The notes under the pieces: generated by a model
What the model saw: the letters and a program-made list of their open reading frames with translations, nothing else
The model's database searches: none
Told to the model about the DNA's origin: nothing
Part shown: positions 21,566-31,656 of the stretch, piece by piece
Layout: every line of letters begins with the position of its first letter
How positions within the stretch are numbered: the first letter of the stretch is position 1
Translations under genes and position numbers: made by a program
From: an uncultured delta proteobacterium
GTDB lineage: Bacteria; Desulfobacterota; Desulfobacteria; Desulfobacterales; QNYZ01
DNA length: 64,000 nt
NCBI GenBank assembly: GCA_963845145.1
Contig: CAWJQU010000002.1
Span: 32,001 to 96,000, forward strand
Direction: 5' to 3'

Positions 21566-22838
21566 ACGAAACGGCATCCAACTGCCGCCCAGGCTGCCCC
21601 AATCCGAGCTTCACCGTTTCGTAATGCGCTATCTGGATCGTCTCCAACACTATCGCGAAATTGTCGGGACGCATACGGTACCCCTCTATCTGCTGGAGTC
21701 GAATATTCTCAGGGCCAGGGCCCGACGGTTCAAGCAGGCGTTTGAAGATGCCGTTTCCAATCCGGTTTCGGCCTATTTTGCCGTTAAAAGCAACAACCAT
21801 CCCGATGTGGCCCGCATTTTGTTGGAAGAACGGTTCGGGCTGGATGTGTCCAGTGGATTGGAGCTGGACATGGCCCTGGGTCTCGGCGCTGAAGATATCG
21901 TGTTCAGCGGCCCTGGAAAAACGGAGCCGGAACTGGCTTTGGCTCTGAAGCATGCCGATCGCGTCATCGTCCTGATTGACAGTTTCGGTGAGCTGGAACG
22001 GTTGAAAAAATTATCTGAATCGATGCGAACGGATATGCGGTGCGGCGTCCGCTTGGCTTTCAACCCAAAAGGAGTGTGGCGAAAATTCGGCATACCGGTC
22101 GACGACCTGACGAACTTTTGGAATCGCGTTGATCAATGCAGCCACATCCATTTAACGGGGTTGCAATTTCACGCCAGTTGGAACCTGAATGCGGATGTCC
22201 AGGTGGAATACATCCGCCGTTTATCGAGGATTTTAGACACCCTTCCGCAATCCCGTTTAAATCGGTTGACATTTATCGACATTGGCGGCGGCTACTGGCC
22301 GGAGCAGGGCGAATGGCTGCAAGGAGCGGGAACCCAAACCGGCAGGGTTTTAGAAGCACTTGGGCGCGGTTCAATGGATTCTCAATCCCGTTACCGAATT
22401 TCGGCGATTTCTATCGAAGATTTCGCAGACCAGCTCGGCAGAGCCGCCGGGACCTATCTTTTCCCCCATACCGGCAACTGCCGCTTATGTCTGGAGCCCG
22501 GTCGCTGGATTGTAAACGATGCCGTACAGCTTATATTTTCCGTCGTGGACAAAAAAGCACCGGACTTGGTGATCACCGATGCTGGAACAAACACCGTGGG
22601 GTGGGAGCGGTTTGAAACCGATTATTTTCCAATCCTGAATCTTTCCCGACCGGCCCTGTCCGAACAACGGTGCCACATCCTGGGCGCACTGTGCACACCG
22701 CATGACGTCTGGGGGTATGCCTATTTCGGCAAAGACATTCAACCTGGAGATATACTGATGATTCCGGCTCAGGGCGCATATACATATAGTCTGAGGCAAC
22801 AATTCATAAAAGCGTTGCCGAAGCTGGTCACCATCTGA
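21528..22838 (+). CDS. Fold-type III PLP-dependent decarboxylase (LysA/ODC superfamily), substrate unknown
   Basis: YFAVKSN (PLP Lys), DVSSGLEL, SGPGKT, KFG, DIGGG, EPGR, GALC, GAY. Confidence 0.88.
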   Translation: MTLSQTDITKLLERNGIQLPPRLPQSELHRFVMRYLDRLQHYREIVGTHTVPLYLLESNILRARARRFKQAFEDAVSNPVSAYFAVKSNNHPDVARILLEERFGLDVSSGLELDMALGLGAEDIVFSGPGKTEPELALALKHADRVIVLIDSFGELERLKKLSESMRTDMRCGVRLAFNPKGVWRKFGIPVDDLTNFWNRVDQCSHIHLTGLQFHASWNLNADVQVEYIRRLSRILDTLPQSRLNRLTFIDIGGGYWPEQGEWLQGAGTQTGRVLEALGRGSMDSQSRYRISAISIEDFADQLGRAAGTYLFPHTGNCRLCLEPGRWIVNDAVQLIFSVVDKKAPDLVITDAGTNTVGWERFETDYFPILNLSRPALSEQRCHILGALCTPHDVWGYAYFGKDIQPGDILMIPAQGAYTYSLRQQFIKALPKLVTI

Positions 22839-22894
22839 TTTATTATGGTTCGCCGCAAATCGGTGATCGCTGAGAGCAGGTGTGGCAAGCGCGA

Positions 22895-23848
22895 TTACTG
22901 AGCTTTTATAAGCTGTCGGGTCAGCATCGGAACGATCTCAAACAGATCGCCCACAATACCGTAATCGCATTGTTGCATCATGGCCGCACCCGGATCGCTA
23001 TTGATACACACAATCGTACCGGCAGTTTTCATGCCGGCAAAGTGCTGTACCGATCCAGAGATCCCGCAGGCAATATACAGCTTGGGACAGACTGTCGCGC
23101 CGGTTTGGCCCACCTGCATGGCATGGGGCACCCATCCGGCATCCACGGCGACACGGGAGGCGCCCACGGCAGCCCCCATCACTTTTGCGCATTCGTGGAG
23201 AATTTCAAAGTTTTCTCTGTTTTGCATGCCCCGTCCGCCGGAAATAATGATATCCGCCTCGGACAGATCGACAGTGCCTGACATGCCCCTGTTCCTTTCT
23301 TTCGTTTGATAACGGTCATCAAACGGCCCATCATATTCAAAAGGGATAATTTCTGCCGCAACCGGCATCGATTTCGCTTCAAAGACATTGGGGCGAAAAC
23401 CAAAAATTCGAGGTGTACCGCTTACCCGAACCGTGGCGATGACTTTTCCGGAAAACAGTGATTTTTCAACGGTTGAATCAGCCAAATTCACCTGAAGACA
23501 ATCCAAGACCAGCGGAGCGTCCAGGCGTGCGGCAATACGAGGCAAGATCTCTTTTCCCTCAATGCTCGTCAGCGCAAAAAGGGTATCGATCTCAAAATGT
23601 GTCATCGCGGCAATAATTGCTTCGGCGCGACGGTTGGGGTTGATGACGTTGGTGTTTTCCACATCTGTAACGGCAATAATCTTATTGATTCCGAAACGCG
23701 CCAACTGATCCACATGGGGGGTAACATCCGCCGTGAAAACCAACGCAATCAACTCACGGTCAGCACCCCGGGCGGCAGTAATCACGCCGTACATGGCGGA
23801 TTTTATTTTCTCGTTTCGGGTTTCGATAAGGACGGCGATTTTTTTCAT
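22895..23848 (-). CDS. etfA: Electron transfer flavoprotein alpha subunit
   Basis: ISGGRG, GASRVAVDAGW, QVGQTG, GISGSVQH. Confidence 0.95.
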   Translation of the reverse strand: MKKIAVLIETRNEKIKSAMYGVITAARGADRELIALVFTADVTPHVDQLARFGINKIIAVTDVENTNVINPNRRAEAIIAAMTHFEIDTLFALTSIEGKEILPRIAARLDAPLVLDCLQVNLADSTVEKSLFSGKVIATVRVSGTPRIFGFRPNVFEAKSMPVAAEIIPFEYDGPFDDRYQTKERNRGMSGTVDLSEADIIISGGRGMQNRENFEILHECAKVMGAAVGASRVAVDAGWVPHAMQVGQTGATVCPKLYIACGISGSVQHFAGMKTAGTIVCINSDPGAAMMQQCDYGIVGDLFEIVPMLTRQLIKAQ

Positions 23849-24621
23849 GGTACGAGTTTTATTTTCATCTCTTTCTCTAAACGCTGAATCAGTTCAGCCA
23901 CAGTAATATCGACCGGTCCGTCAAGGATCTCTCTCCGGCGTTCTTCGACAGCGGGTCTCATGCCAACGACTTCTAACTTGCTTACCGAGGCTTCGACGTT
24001 GAGGCGCTCAAACGGAATTTCTTTAATTTCTTTTTTTCGAGCTTTGAGGATATCGGGGAGCTTTGGATAACGGGGAACATTGAGGGTTTTCGTGGCCCCG
24101 ATAACGCAGGGAAGCGCCATTTGAACGACCTGTTCACCACCGGCTTCCAACCCGCATGTCACCCTAACCCGACTACCTTCATATTTTATCTGCGTAACAT
24201 TGGTGGCTATAGGCATATTCAATGACGTCGCCACCCTGAAATGGGTTTGGTATCCTTCGCTATCAATGGCCGCTTTCCCGGCAATAACGATTCCCGGAGT
24301 TCCATCTTGGAAGATAGCGGCAGACAGTGCCTTTGCGATTACGATACTATCAAGCCATTGGTCGGAAACCACATGAATTCCACGATCAATACCCATGGCA
24401 AGGGCCGAACGCAGCGTTTCGGCCGCCTTCTTTTTCCCGACGGTGACGGCGATGGTTTCCACATCGTCCGCTTCTGCTTTTAGCTGGGCGGCGGCCTCAA
24501 CGGCGTTTTCATCGTAGGGATTGAGTAAATAGGTGACACTCTCATCAATCCCATTGGGTTCGACGATTCGAATGGTCGCCGCTGAGTCGGGGACGTGTTT
24601 GACGCACACAAAGATTTTCAA
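23845..24621 (-). CDS. etfB: Electron transfer flavoprotein beta subunit
   Basis: VCVKHVPD, NPYDENAVE, ALAMG, PRYP. Confidence 0.95.
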   Translation of the reverse strand: MKIFVCVKHVPDSAATIRIVEPNGIDESVTYLLNPYDENAVEAAAQLKAEADDVETIAVTVGKKKAAETLRSALAMGIDRGIHVVSDQWLDSIVIAKALSAAIFQDGTPGIVIAGKAAIDSEGYQTHFRVATSLNMPIATNVTQIKYEGSRVRVTCGLEAGGEQVVQMALPCVIGATKTLNVPRYPKLPDILKARKKEIKEIPFERLNVEASVSKLEVVGMRPAVEERRREILDGPVDITVAELIQRLEKEMKIKLVP

Positions 24622-24678
24622 GACACGTATTCGCCTATATGGTTTGCTATCATTTATCTAAAAATAACAAATGATAAT

Positions 24679-26016
24679 TTAGCCATTTACCGAAAAACTA
24701 CTATTGTAATTAATTTCCCGTTTGCGTGAAAAGAAACCCGCATCGATACGACGTCCGATGTGGCGCAAATTATATTGCAGGGGTTCTTTATCATGGTCGA
24801 ACCCCTTCTCGCATTTATCAATCAACTCGGCCATCAGTGATCCGGCTACCGGCGCGTTCTTATACTGATTGCCACTGCTGCCGATGGCCATGTAAAAACC
24901 GGGCAGATCCGATTTATCATAGATGGGAATCCAGTCATCGGAACAATCATACAGATCGGCAACGCCCCGCGGCTGGTTCGGAATCGCCATGCCTGGCACC
25001 CGCCGGGCACACCGGTAAGTCTGGGCTTTCCACTGGGCTTCGGAGAGCTGATTGTCCCGCCCGAGGCCGCCCTGACCTGCGTAGAATTCATCAGGATCCA
25101 CCCATTCCTGGGGATCGCATTTCGGATCCTCGCTGCCGATTAAAAACATATTGCCCACTTCCGGACGATAGTAAATACCAACATCACCATCGGACGTATG
25201 GTAACCGTTATTAAGATAGTCATACCCTTCCGGGGAGGGACAATGCATTACTTCATGACGCAATGCTTTGGTTTTAATATTGCACCCTTCCCAGACGCCC
25301 CTGGCCATCTGGTTGATTTTATAAGAGTGGGGACCCGCCACATTGACAACAACGGGGGCATCGTATTCGGTTCCATCTTTCAAGGTTATCCCCGTTACCC
25401 TTTCGCCGTTGTCACGAACCGCAACCACTTCGACATTAAAGATAAACTCGCTTCCCTTCTTTTCAGCCGCCCGCATGATATTATGGGCGGATAATTCGGG
25501 ATCACTCATATACCCGCCTTCAGGGCAAAAAATCGCTCCTTCTAACATGCGATTGGGATCATCAAAAAATTTCGGGTCTTCCGGGCGTCTTACGGGCCAA
25601 AATTCGTGTAAGTCATAGACGGGAACCATCTCCTTTATCTTCTCGACACTCCACTCTTCATATGTGACACCCACTGCATCATAATTACTCTGGACTTTGC
25701 GCCAGTCATGCCCCTGGGTTTTAAGCAGGATGGAACCGGTTTTCATAAATTTGGCCATACCTTTTTCGTCTTTGACGTTCCCCAGGTAGTTCTCCCAGTC
25801 CAGCCAGTATTTAAACCCCTCGTAGGCCATGGCCACACCATCCTCAGTCGAGTAGTGGGCCCTGACAATCGCGCATGAGGCCGCCGTCGACCCCATCCCG
25901 GCATCGGCGAGTTTATCTACAGTTAAGGTTTTGTATCCTGATTTGGCCAGTTCATAGGCGATGGGACAACCGATAACACCGGCGCCAATAATGATTGCAT
26001 CGTATTTTTTATTCAT
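24679..26016 (-). CDS. FAD-dependent oxidoreductase (DAO/sarcosine oxidase beta-like)
   Basis: IIGAGVIG, VVNVAGP, LYDCSDDWIP, GSSGNQYK; start MNKKYD after AAGGAG. Confidence 0.85.
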   Translation of the reverse strand: MNKKYDAIIIGAGVIGCPIAYELAKSGYKTLTVDKLADAGMGSTAASCAIVRAHYSTEDGVAMAYEGFKYWLDWENYLGNVKDEKGMAKFMKTGSILLKTQGHDWRKVQSNYDAVGVTYEEWSVEKIKEMVPVYDLHEFWPVRRPEDPKFFDDPNRMLEGAIFCPEGGYMSDPELSAHNIMRAAEKKGSEFIFNVEVVAVRDNGERVTGITLKDGTEYDAPVVVNVAGPHSYKINQMARGVWEGCNIKTKALRHEVMHCPSPEGYDYLNNGYHTSDGDVGIYYRPEVGNMFLIGSEDPKCDPQEWVDPDEFYAGQGGLGRDNQLSEAQWKAQTYRCARRVPGMAIPNQPRGVADLYDCSDDWIPIYDKSDLPGFYMAIGSSGNQYKNAPVAGSLMAELIDKCEKGFDHDKEPLQYNLRHIGRRIDAGFFSRKREINYNSSFSVNG

Positions 26017-26051
26017 GACGGCTCCTTCATTTTTTAGACCTACGTTTCTAT

Positions 26052-26705
26052 TTAGAACGACACTTCTATTTGTTTCAACCATTGGTTAAAAACGGACATT
26101 CCTGCCGGGTGCAAGCCAATAGTTTCGCCGGCCCCCAGAAGCGCCGCCACCATATCGTGCGCGTATCCGCGGGAACAGGTCAGCAGGATTCCGCTATGAT
26201 CAAAAGTCCCTGGGACAACAACGATTTGACAGGGAACATGGGCAAAAGGCCCCTGTAGCAACATGGGGACCTTATTCACCGGATCGGTCAAATCAAGCGC
26301 CGTCAATTGCTCGGTAACGGCAAACGTCTCCTGCCCAATGAGGGCCAGAAAAACGGTGCCATCGGTCACATCCGTATATGCGTGCTCTTTTGGTAACGCG
26401 ACCACTTCCCCCGTTAAATGCCATATGGCTGCCTGGGTCTTGTTCAGGCGATTGACCATCACACCACTTTTCAAAGCACATTGGCCGGGTTGGGCCGGAA
26501 CGGGTATCCCCATCGGAGTCATTTGCCCGATATCGGCATCCTGAAGGTCCCAGCGGGGGCAATGGGATAAATCCACCAGATGCGGCCCATTACCCTCGTT
26601 TTCGTAAGTCTGGACAACCTTCCACTCCCCCTGCGTCGTCTCTTTGGCCACACGCGGCTCAAAAATTACCGGGGATCGTCTTATGATTTCCTTCTGCATA
26701 GTCAT
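26052..26705 (-). CDS. soxG: Sarcosine oxidase gamma subunit-like protein
   Basis: LVDLSHCPRW...YTDVTDG...LTALDL...CSRGYA; follows soxA. Confidence 0.7.
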   Translation of the reverse strand: MTMQKEIIRRSPVIFEPRVAKETTQGEWKVVQTYENEGNGPHLVDLSHCPRWDLQDADIGQMTPMGIPVPAQPGQCALKSGVMVNRLNKTQAAIWHLTGEVVALPKEHAYTDVTDGTVFLALIGQETFAVTEQLTALDLTDPVNKVPMLLQGPFAHVPCQIVVVPGTFDHSGILLTCSRGYAHDMVAALLGAGETIGLHPAGMSVFNQWLKQIEVSF

Positions 26706-26706
26706 C

Positions 26707-29628
26707 TCACATTTTCATTCGTTGGCCGGAAACATCGTAAAAAGGCATGTCCGTCACTGTGGCGGTCATTAAGAGGCCGTTGCAATCGTCTTCATAGATC
26801 TTAAGTTGCATATCGATCCCGGCCAGTTCGTCATCCACGAGAGCCATTCCCACCGACTCGTTCAAAGTGTGGCTGAATCGGGCCGTACAGATATATCCGC
26901 GGATTTTCGAATCCACAATGATCGACCCATCCTTGGGCGTCATGCCGGTTGGCTCCGTCATTTTGATGCCTACCAATTTCAGGCGGCCACTCTGTTTTTC
27001 GGTATGATCCAGGGCCAAGGCGCCGACCGTTTTAGCTTCGGGTTTGCGATCCCATAAAAATCCCAACCCGACATCATGCAGGGTTGTGCGCTGCTCGGAT
27101 TCCGAGCCGATGATCAAATGTCCCTTTTCCAACCGCAGGGTGCTTTGTGCCTCCAACCCGAAAGGTTGAATTCCCAAGGCTTGTCCGGCTTCTTCCAATA
27201 TGTCCCACAAGGCCTGGGTGTACGAGGCGGCTACATGAAATTCGTAGGAAAGCTCGCCCACGAACCCCAGCCGCATGGCCCGGACGGGAATCTGTCCGGC
27301 AATAGTGAATTCACGATAACCGGCAAAGGGAAATTCTGGGTTCGATACATCGATGTCGGCCACTTTTTCGAGTACTTTGCGGGCATTGGGGCCTGCCAGG
27401 TTGATAACACCGAAAGCATCGGTTAAATTGACCAGATGAAAATCCCAGCCGTCGAAGCGAGTGTGATAACGGATCCACTCGACCGTTTGTCCGGCACGCC
27501 CGGTTGAGGTCGTAAAGTAGTAATCGTCGTCTTGTCGCTTGACCACAACACCATCGTCGATAATACAACCATCTTCATTGCACATGGCCGAATATTTGAT
27601 TTTCCCCTCGGTGATCTTGGCCATATCGCTGACGTAAACTCGTTGCAGGGCTTTTAATGCATCCGGGCCGTGAATACGAAACTTGCCCAAGGTGGATGCG
27701 TCGAGCATGCCGACATTGGTGCGCACGTTTTCAATTTCACGTTGGGCCTGTTTATCATCGCCAAACCGTCGGGCCCGGTTCCAGACACCGATCCGTTCCA
27801 TCGTACCCCCGGCCGCCACCTGGGAATCGTTTAGGGCGGTGCGTTTGCTCATATCGTGCTGAGTGCCGGCATACGTGGCCATCAGGGTCGGTATCAGCGG
27901 CGCCCGCACGGTAGTCGGTCGTGGTGTTTTATCCGGTGATTGCTGGGTTTGGGCCACATAGAGGGGAAGGTTGTGGCCGGGAATCCCACCCTGCCCCGGT
28001 CCGGTACCGGCTGAAGTAAACCGCTTGATCAGTTCGGGCACGTCAAACCCCTGTGCCATGGCCTGATCGACATTTTTTAAGGTCGTGTCTTCGTCAAAAC
28101 AGATAAAGGTATGGTTCCCTTTGACCGGGGCGGAAACCACTTTCGATCCACACACCGGCCCGGGGAGGGCCTGCAATTCCAATTCGGTCGCGCTTATTTT
28201 CGCATTGACATCACAGCCACAATCCGCCGCCGCTTTCAACCCGGCCACGTGACCTGATGTTTCAATCTCAAGCGGATCCAACAGACCCAACATTCGCCCG
28301 GCGGCATGGACTGAATCGGGCAGGTGGTGAGGCAGAAAAAATCCGGTGTGATGATCGAAACGCAAGCGTGCCTGACGCATACTCAAAACACCGGTGAGAG
28401 GCGTCTGCCCCGCGGAGGCCACAAGTAAATCGCAATCGATCTGTTTTTTCTGAATCCCCGTAACAGGCCCCAGCGTCACCTTTTTTAGTGCTTTTCCCCC
28501 CTCAGCTTTGGTCGTCATCCAGCCTCGGTAAAAAGGAATTTTTTTATAATCCAAAGCGGCGGTCAAGGTTTCATTTTGTCCGTCCTGGCGCACATCGGCG
28601 ACACAGGCAATGTCCAGCCCCAGATCGGCAAGATCCAACGCCGCTTCCAGACCCAGGTCATCACCCACAGAGAAAACCGCTCGGGAGCCGGGCATAAGCC
28701 CCCAAGTGCGTGCCAGACGATGGGCACATCCCGCCTGCATCACACCCGGTCGCTCATTGTTTTCAAACAACAACGGCCTTTCAATACATCCGGTGGCCAC
28801 CACCAGGCTGCGGGCCCGAATTTCGATATATCGCTCGTCAAACGAGTCGGTTTCGCCCCCGCGCTGAAATGCGGTTACCAAATTGTCGTTGTAGCCGCCC
28901 ACCACGGCGGTATTGGTAAACAGACGAATGGTGGATGACGTCTTAATGGTCTCGGCCAACTCACGCGCACGCCGGTACAATGGCGTCTCATCACGATAAA
29001 TCGTTGACCGATAATCGAAAAATCCGCCCAACCAAGGACGATTCTCCAATAAAATTACCCGCAAGCCCTGATCCGCAGCCACCAGGGCGGCGGTCATACC
29101 GGCTGGCCCACCGCCGATCACACAGACATCGGCTACGGCATATAACTCGTCGAATTGCCCCTGTATTCTAAAATCCGGATCCATCACCCCCAGGCCCGCT
29201 GCCTTACGAATATTTTTAATCGCCACCGGCCACATTTTCGCCGGTTTGTGCAGGGTGCGGTAATAAAACCCGGCCGGCATGGCAACGCTCAGTTTATCCA
29301 TAAAGGCCATGGGGTCGATGTCCGCGGTTTTACCGGCGACATTCTGGGCGCTGACTTCCATCCCATTTTGAGCGAATGTATTTTCCGTGCGGACATTGGG
29401 CATACCGTTTACCCGCATCATCGTATTGCTGCATTCACCATCCAGGCTGTAAAGTCCCCGCGGCCGATGATATTTTAGGCTTCTTGAGAAGACCCTCACC
29501 CCGTTGGCATAAAGCAACGTGGCGATCGTATCTCCGGCAACACCCTCATAGGATTTTTTGCCATATTTAAGGGATACTTTTTGGGATGGTTGAATATGAA
29601 ATGTTTCCAGTGGTTTGATTCGGGTCAT
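26707..29628 (-). CDS. soxA: Sarcosine oxidase alpha subunit-like protein
   Basis: GDTIATLL..NG..SRSLKYHRPRG, GGGPAG, LIKRFT.AGTGPGQG, C-terminal GcvT domain (GFVGELSYE, LRLEKG). Confidence 0.88.
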   Translation of the reverse strand: MTRIKPLETFHIQPSQKVSLKYGKKSYEGVAGDTIATLLYANGVRVFSRSLKYHRPRGLYSLDGECSNTMMRVNGMPNVRTENTFAQNGMEVSAQNVAGKTADIDPMAFMDKLSVAMPAGFYYRTLHKPAKMWPVAIKNIRKAAGLGVMDPDFRIQGQFDELYAVADVCVIGGGPAGMTAALVAADQGLRVILLENRPWLGGFFDYRSTIYRDETPLYRRARELAETIKTSSTIRLFTNTAVVGGYNDNLVTAFQRGGETDSFDERYIEIRARSLVVATGCIERPLLFENNERPGVMQAGCAHRLARTWGLMPGSRAVFSVGDDLGLEAALDLADLGLDIACVADVRQDGQNETLTAALDYKKIPFYRGWMTTKAEGGKALKKVTLGPVTGIQKKQIDCDLLVASAGQTPLTGVLSMRQARLRFDHHTGFFLPHHLPDSVHAAGRMLGLLDPLEIETSGHVAGLKAAADCGCDVNAKISATELELQALPGPVCGSKVVSAPVKGNHTFICFDEDTTLKNVDQAMAQGFDVPELIKRFTSAGTGPGQGGIPGHNLPLYVAQTQQSPDKTPRPTTVRAPLIPTLMATYAGTQHDMSKRTALNDSQVAAGGTMERIGVWNRARRFGDDKQAQREIENVRTNVGMLDASTLGKFRIHGPDALKALQRVYVSDMAKITEGKIKYSAMCNEDGCIIDDGVVVKRQDDDYYFTTSTGRAGQTVEWIRYHTRFDGWDFHLVNLTDAFGVINLAGPNARKVLEKVADIDVSNPEFPFAGYREFTIAGQIPVRAMRLGFVGELSYEFHVAASYTQALWDILEEAGQALGIQPFGLEAQSTLRLEKGHLIIGSESEQRTTLHDVGLGFLWDRKPEAKTVGALALDHTEKQSGRLKLVGIKMTEPTGMTPKDGSIIVDSKIRGYICTARFSHTLNESVGMALVDDELAGIDMQLKIYEDDCNGLLMTATVTDMPFYDVSGQRMKM

Positions 29629-29915
29629 TACTCATTCTCCGATGGCCGGTTGGATTCAGGCACACCACTTCCAGCAGGCACTTCCTGATTAGTCATTGTA
29701 TTTCGCGAAGTGGTAAACCAGACACCACACCCGCTTCGGTGCACCCACCACTCTTCGGACACACCGGCGATGCAGCGATTCATATGAACAAAATCACACC
29801 AATCTTCGACGGACAGGTTGTTTTCATCCGGCCGGGGCCCCTTGTTCTCACCGCCAAAACCAAATTCGTAGGCGTTGCGAGGCCCGCAGTTCGGACAGGT
29901 GATGGTAAATGACAT
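29628..29915 (-). CDS. soxD: Sarcosine oxidase delta subunit
   Basis: ITCPNCGPR...EF...EWWVH..GC..WF...RNT zinc-binding motif. Confidence 0.88.
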   Translation of the reverse strand: MSFTITCPNCGPRNAYEFGFGGENKGPRPDENNLSVEDWCDFVHMNRCIAGVSEEWWVHRSGCGVWFTTSRNTMTNQEVPAGSGVPESNRPSENE

Positions 29916-29929
29916 GATCTTCTCCGTTT

Positions 29930-30074
29930 TCGGTTTGCCGGTTTGCCGGTTCAAGGTAAGGTGATTCTCTACCAAATCAGCCGATATTATAAAAAAGACC
30001 GTACCTTTTTAGTGATTTAAAGCATTTAATATTTAAAACCGGTTAACCGGCTAACGAACAAACCGGCAAACCGA
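29930..30074. repeat. 145-bp intergenic element with perfect 16-bp terminal inverted repeats
   Basis: tcggtttgccggtttg (29930-29945) is the reverse complement of caaaccggcaaaccga (30059-30074); arms are built from AAACCGGC octamers around an AT-rich core. Confidence 0.75.
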
Positions 30075-30077
30075 TTT

Positions 30078-31307
30078 TCAGTTATCCGCACTATATTGAA
30101 CAAGCGCGGCCGTTTCACCCATCAGGCGATGCTGTTCATATCGCCTTAGTGAAAAGGGCTTGAGTATCCGCGGACACTCGCCTGTTGCCAAGTACTGGGC
30201 CATGTATTTTCCTGCAGCCGTACACGACTTAAATCCGAAATAACCCCAACCGCAATCCATATAATACCCTTCAATGGGGTCGTTGCCATCCATTATCGGT
30301 GCCATGTCCGGAGTCATATCGGCTAACCCGGCCCAGTGGCGCATGAACTTCACGCCTTTCAGGCAGGGCAGCATCTCCGTCATGGCCTCCGCCTGGTGTT
30401 TGATATAATGTGCGGTGGTCTGGGTAGTATAATTCGGCCAGGGATCCATGTGCGCCCCGGTAGCGATCTCGCCCTTCAAGGTCTGATTGGCGTAAGCGTG
30501 GTATCCGCCGGATGATACCACATGGTGCAAAAGCGGCTTTAACGGCTGGGTGACCATGGCCTGAATGGTCAGAACACTGATGGGTAATTTGATGCCGAGC
30601 AGACGGTAGGAGATATCCGCCGAATACCCCCCGGCGGCATTTAATACCCGATGGGTTTGAATTTTTCCCTGGGTAGTGTCCACGGCGACAACCCGGCCGT
30701 TTTGGACATCGATGCCGGTGGCTTCCGTTCCCTGAAATATATGCACGCCATGTTTAATGGCCCCTTTGGCCAACCCCCAAACCACGGCGTCATGGCGTAA
30801 AATCCCCCCGGCCGGATGAAACATTCCGCCAACAATCGGATAGCGCGGTCGATTGGAAATATCCAGCGCGGGCACCAGCTCTTTGCACTCCTTTTGATCC
30901 ACAAGGCGAATATCAATCCCATGAAATTGGGCCGAAGCCACGTTCATGCGCATGGCCTTAACGGCCGCTTCGCTGTGGGCCAGATTCAGATTGCCGCAAT
31001 TATAAAACATCAGATTGAAATCAAGCTCCCGGGTTAAAATCGGCCAGAGTTCCAAGGCCTCCTTGTAAAGGGGCAGGTTTTCCTGGGTACGCTGATTGGC
31101 CCGGACAATAGCGGTATTGCGACCAGCACCACCAAACCCGATATAACGTTTTTCAATCACTGCAATATCTTGCATGCCATGATAGCGTGATAGAAAATAA
31201 GCGGTCGCCAACCCATGCAATCCGCCACCGATAATAACGGCATCATAGGCGGTTTTCATCTCAGAAGGTTTTCCCAGCAGGCGTTTTTGTTTCAATTTCA
31301 TCGGCAT
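30078..31307 (-). CDS. soxB: Sarcosine oxidase beta subunit-like protein
   Basis: GGGLHGLATAY, GAGRNTAIVR, RHDAVVWG, DMTPDMAP, GWGYFGFK. Confidence 0.9.
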   Translation of the reverse strand: MPMKLKQKRLLGKPSEMKTAYDAVIIGGGLHGLATAYFLSRYHGMQDIAVIEKRYIGFGGAGRNTAIVRANQRTQENLPLYKEALELWPILTRELDFNLMFYNCGNLNLAHSEAAVKAMRMNVASAQFHGIDIRLVDQKECKELVPALDISNRPRYPIVGGMFHPAGGILRHDAVVWGLAKGAIKHGVHIFQGTEATGIDVQNGRVVAVDTTQGKIQTHRVLNAAGGYSADISYRLLGIKLPISVLTIQAMVTQPLKPLLHHVVSSGGYHAYANQTLKGEIATGAHMDPWPNYTTQTTAHYIKHQAEAMTEMLPCLKGVKFMRHWAGLADMTPDMAPIMDGNDPIEGYYMDCGWGYFGFKSCTAAGKYMAQYLATGECPRILKPFSLRRYEQHRLMGETAALVQYSADN

Positions 31308-31394
31308 TTCGCTTTTTAGGTCGTTGATTTACGTCCTTGTTTCAATAGTGATTCACAAGGATCGGTTAGAAAGCTCTTAAGAGCTCATGTCAAA

Positions 31395-31609
31395 TGAAAC
31401 GATTTATGTCAAGAAATATTTTTTTTTATAATTTACCAGTCGTCATCAGACTGATGTTCCTCCGCTCAATGTGGTTGCCATATATTTAATATTTTGTTAA
31501 TAGCCTTATTTAATTTAATTTTTAAAAATACGACGGAATCCCAAATTCGAATAAAAACAAAGAATATCATCGGCTACATTGATGATCATAAATGAAACAG
31601 ATAATATCA
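31395..31609. promoter_or_regulatory. Two putative RpiR operators in the divergent soxB/rpiR region
   Basis: TGAAAC-GATTT-ATGTCA (31395-31411, overlapping a minus-strand TTGACA) and TGAAAC-AGATA-ATATCA (31593-31609). Confidence 0.5.
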
Positions 31610-31656
31610 TTTATCTTTTTCAACCATATTAAATTCAGGTTGAGGAGCACCCCGCC

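Noticed and set aside
31308..31656. Glycine riboswitch upstream of soxB, and other riboswitches in large intergenic gaps (1142-1511, 41487-41900, 57534-57813)
   Set aside because: No conserved aptamer motifs recognised by eye; an Infernal/Rfam scan would be needed to exclude them.
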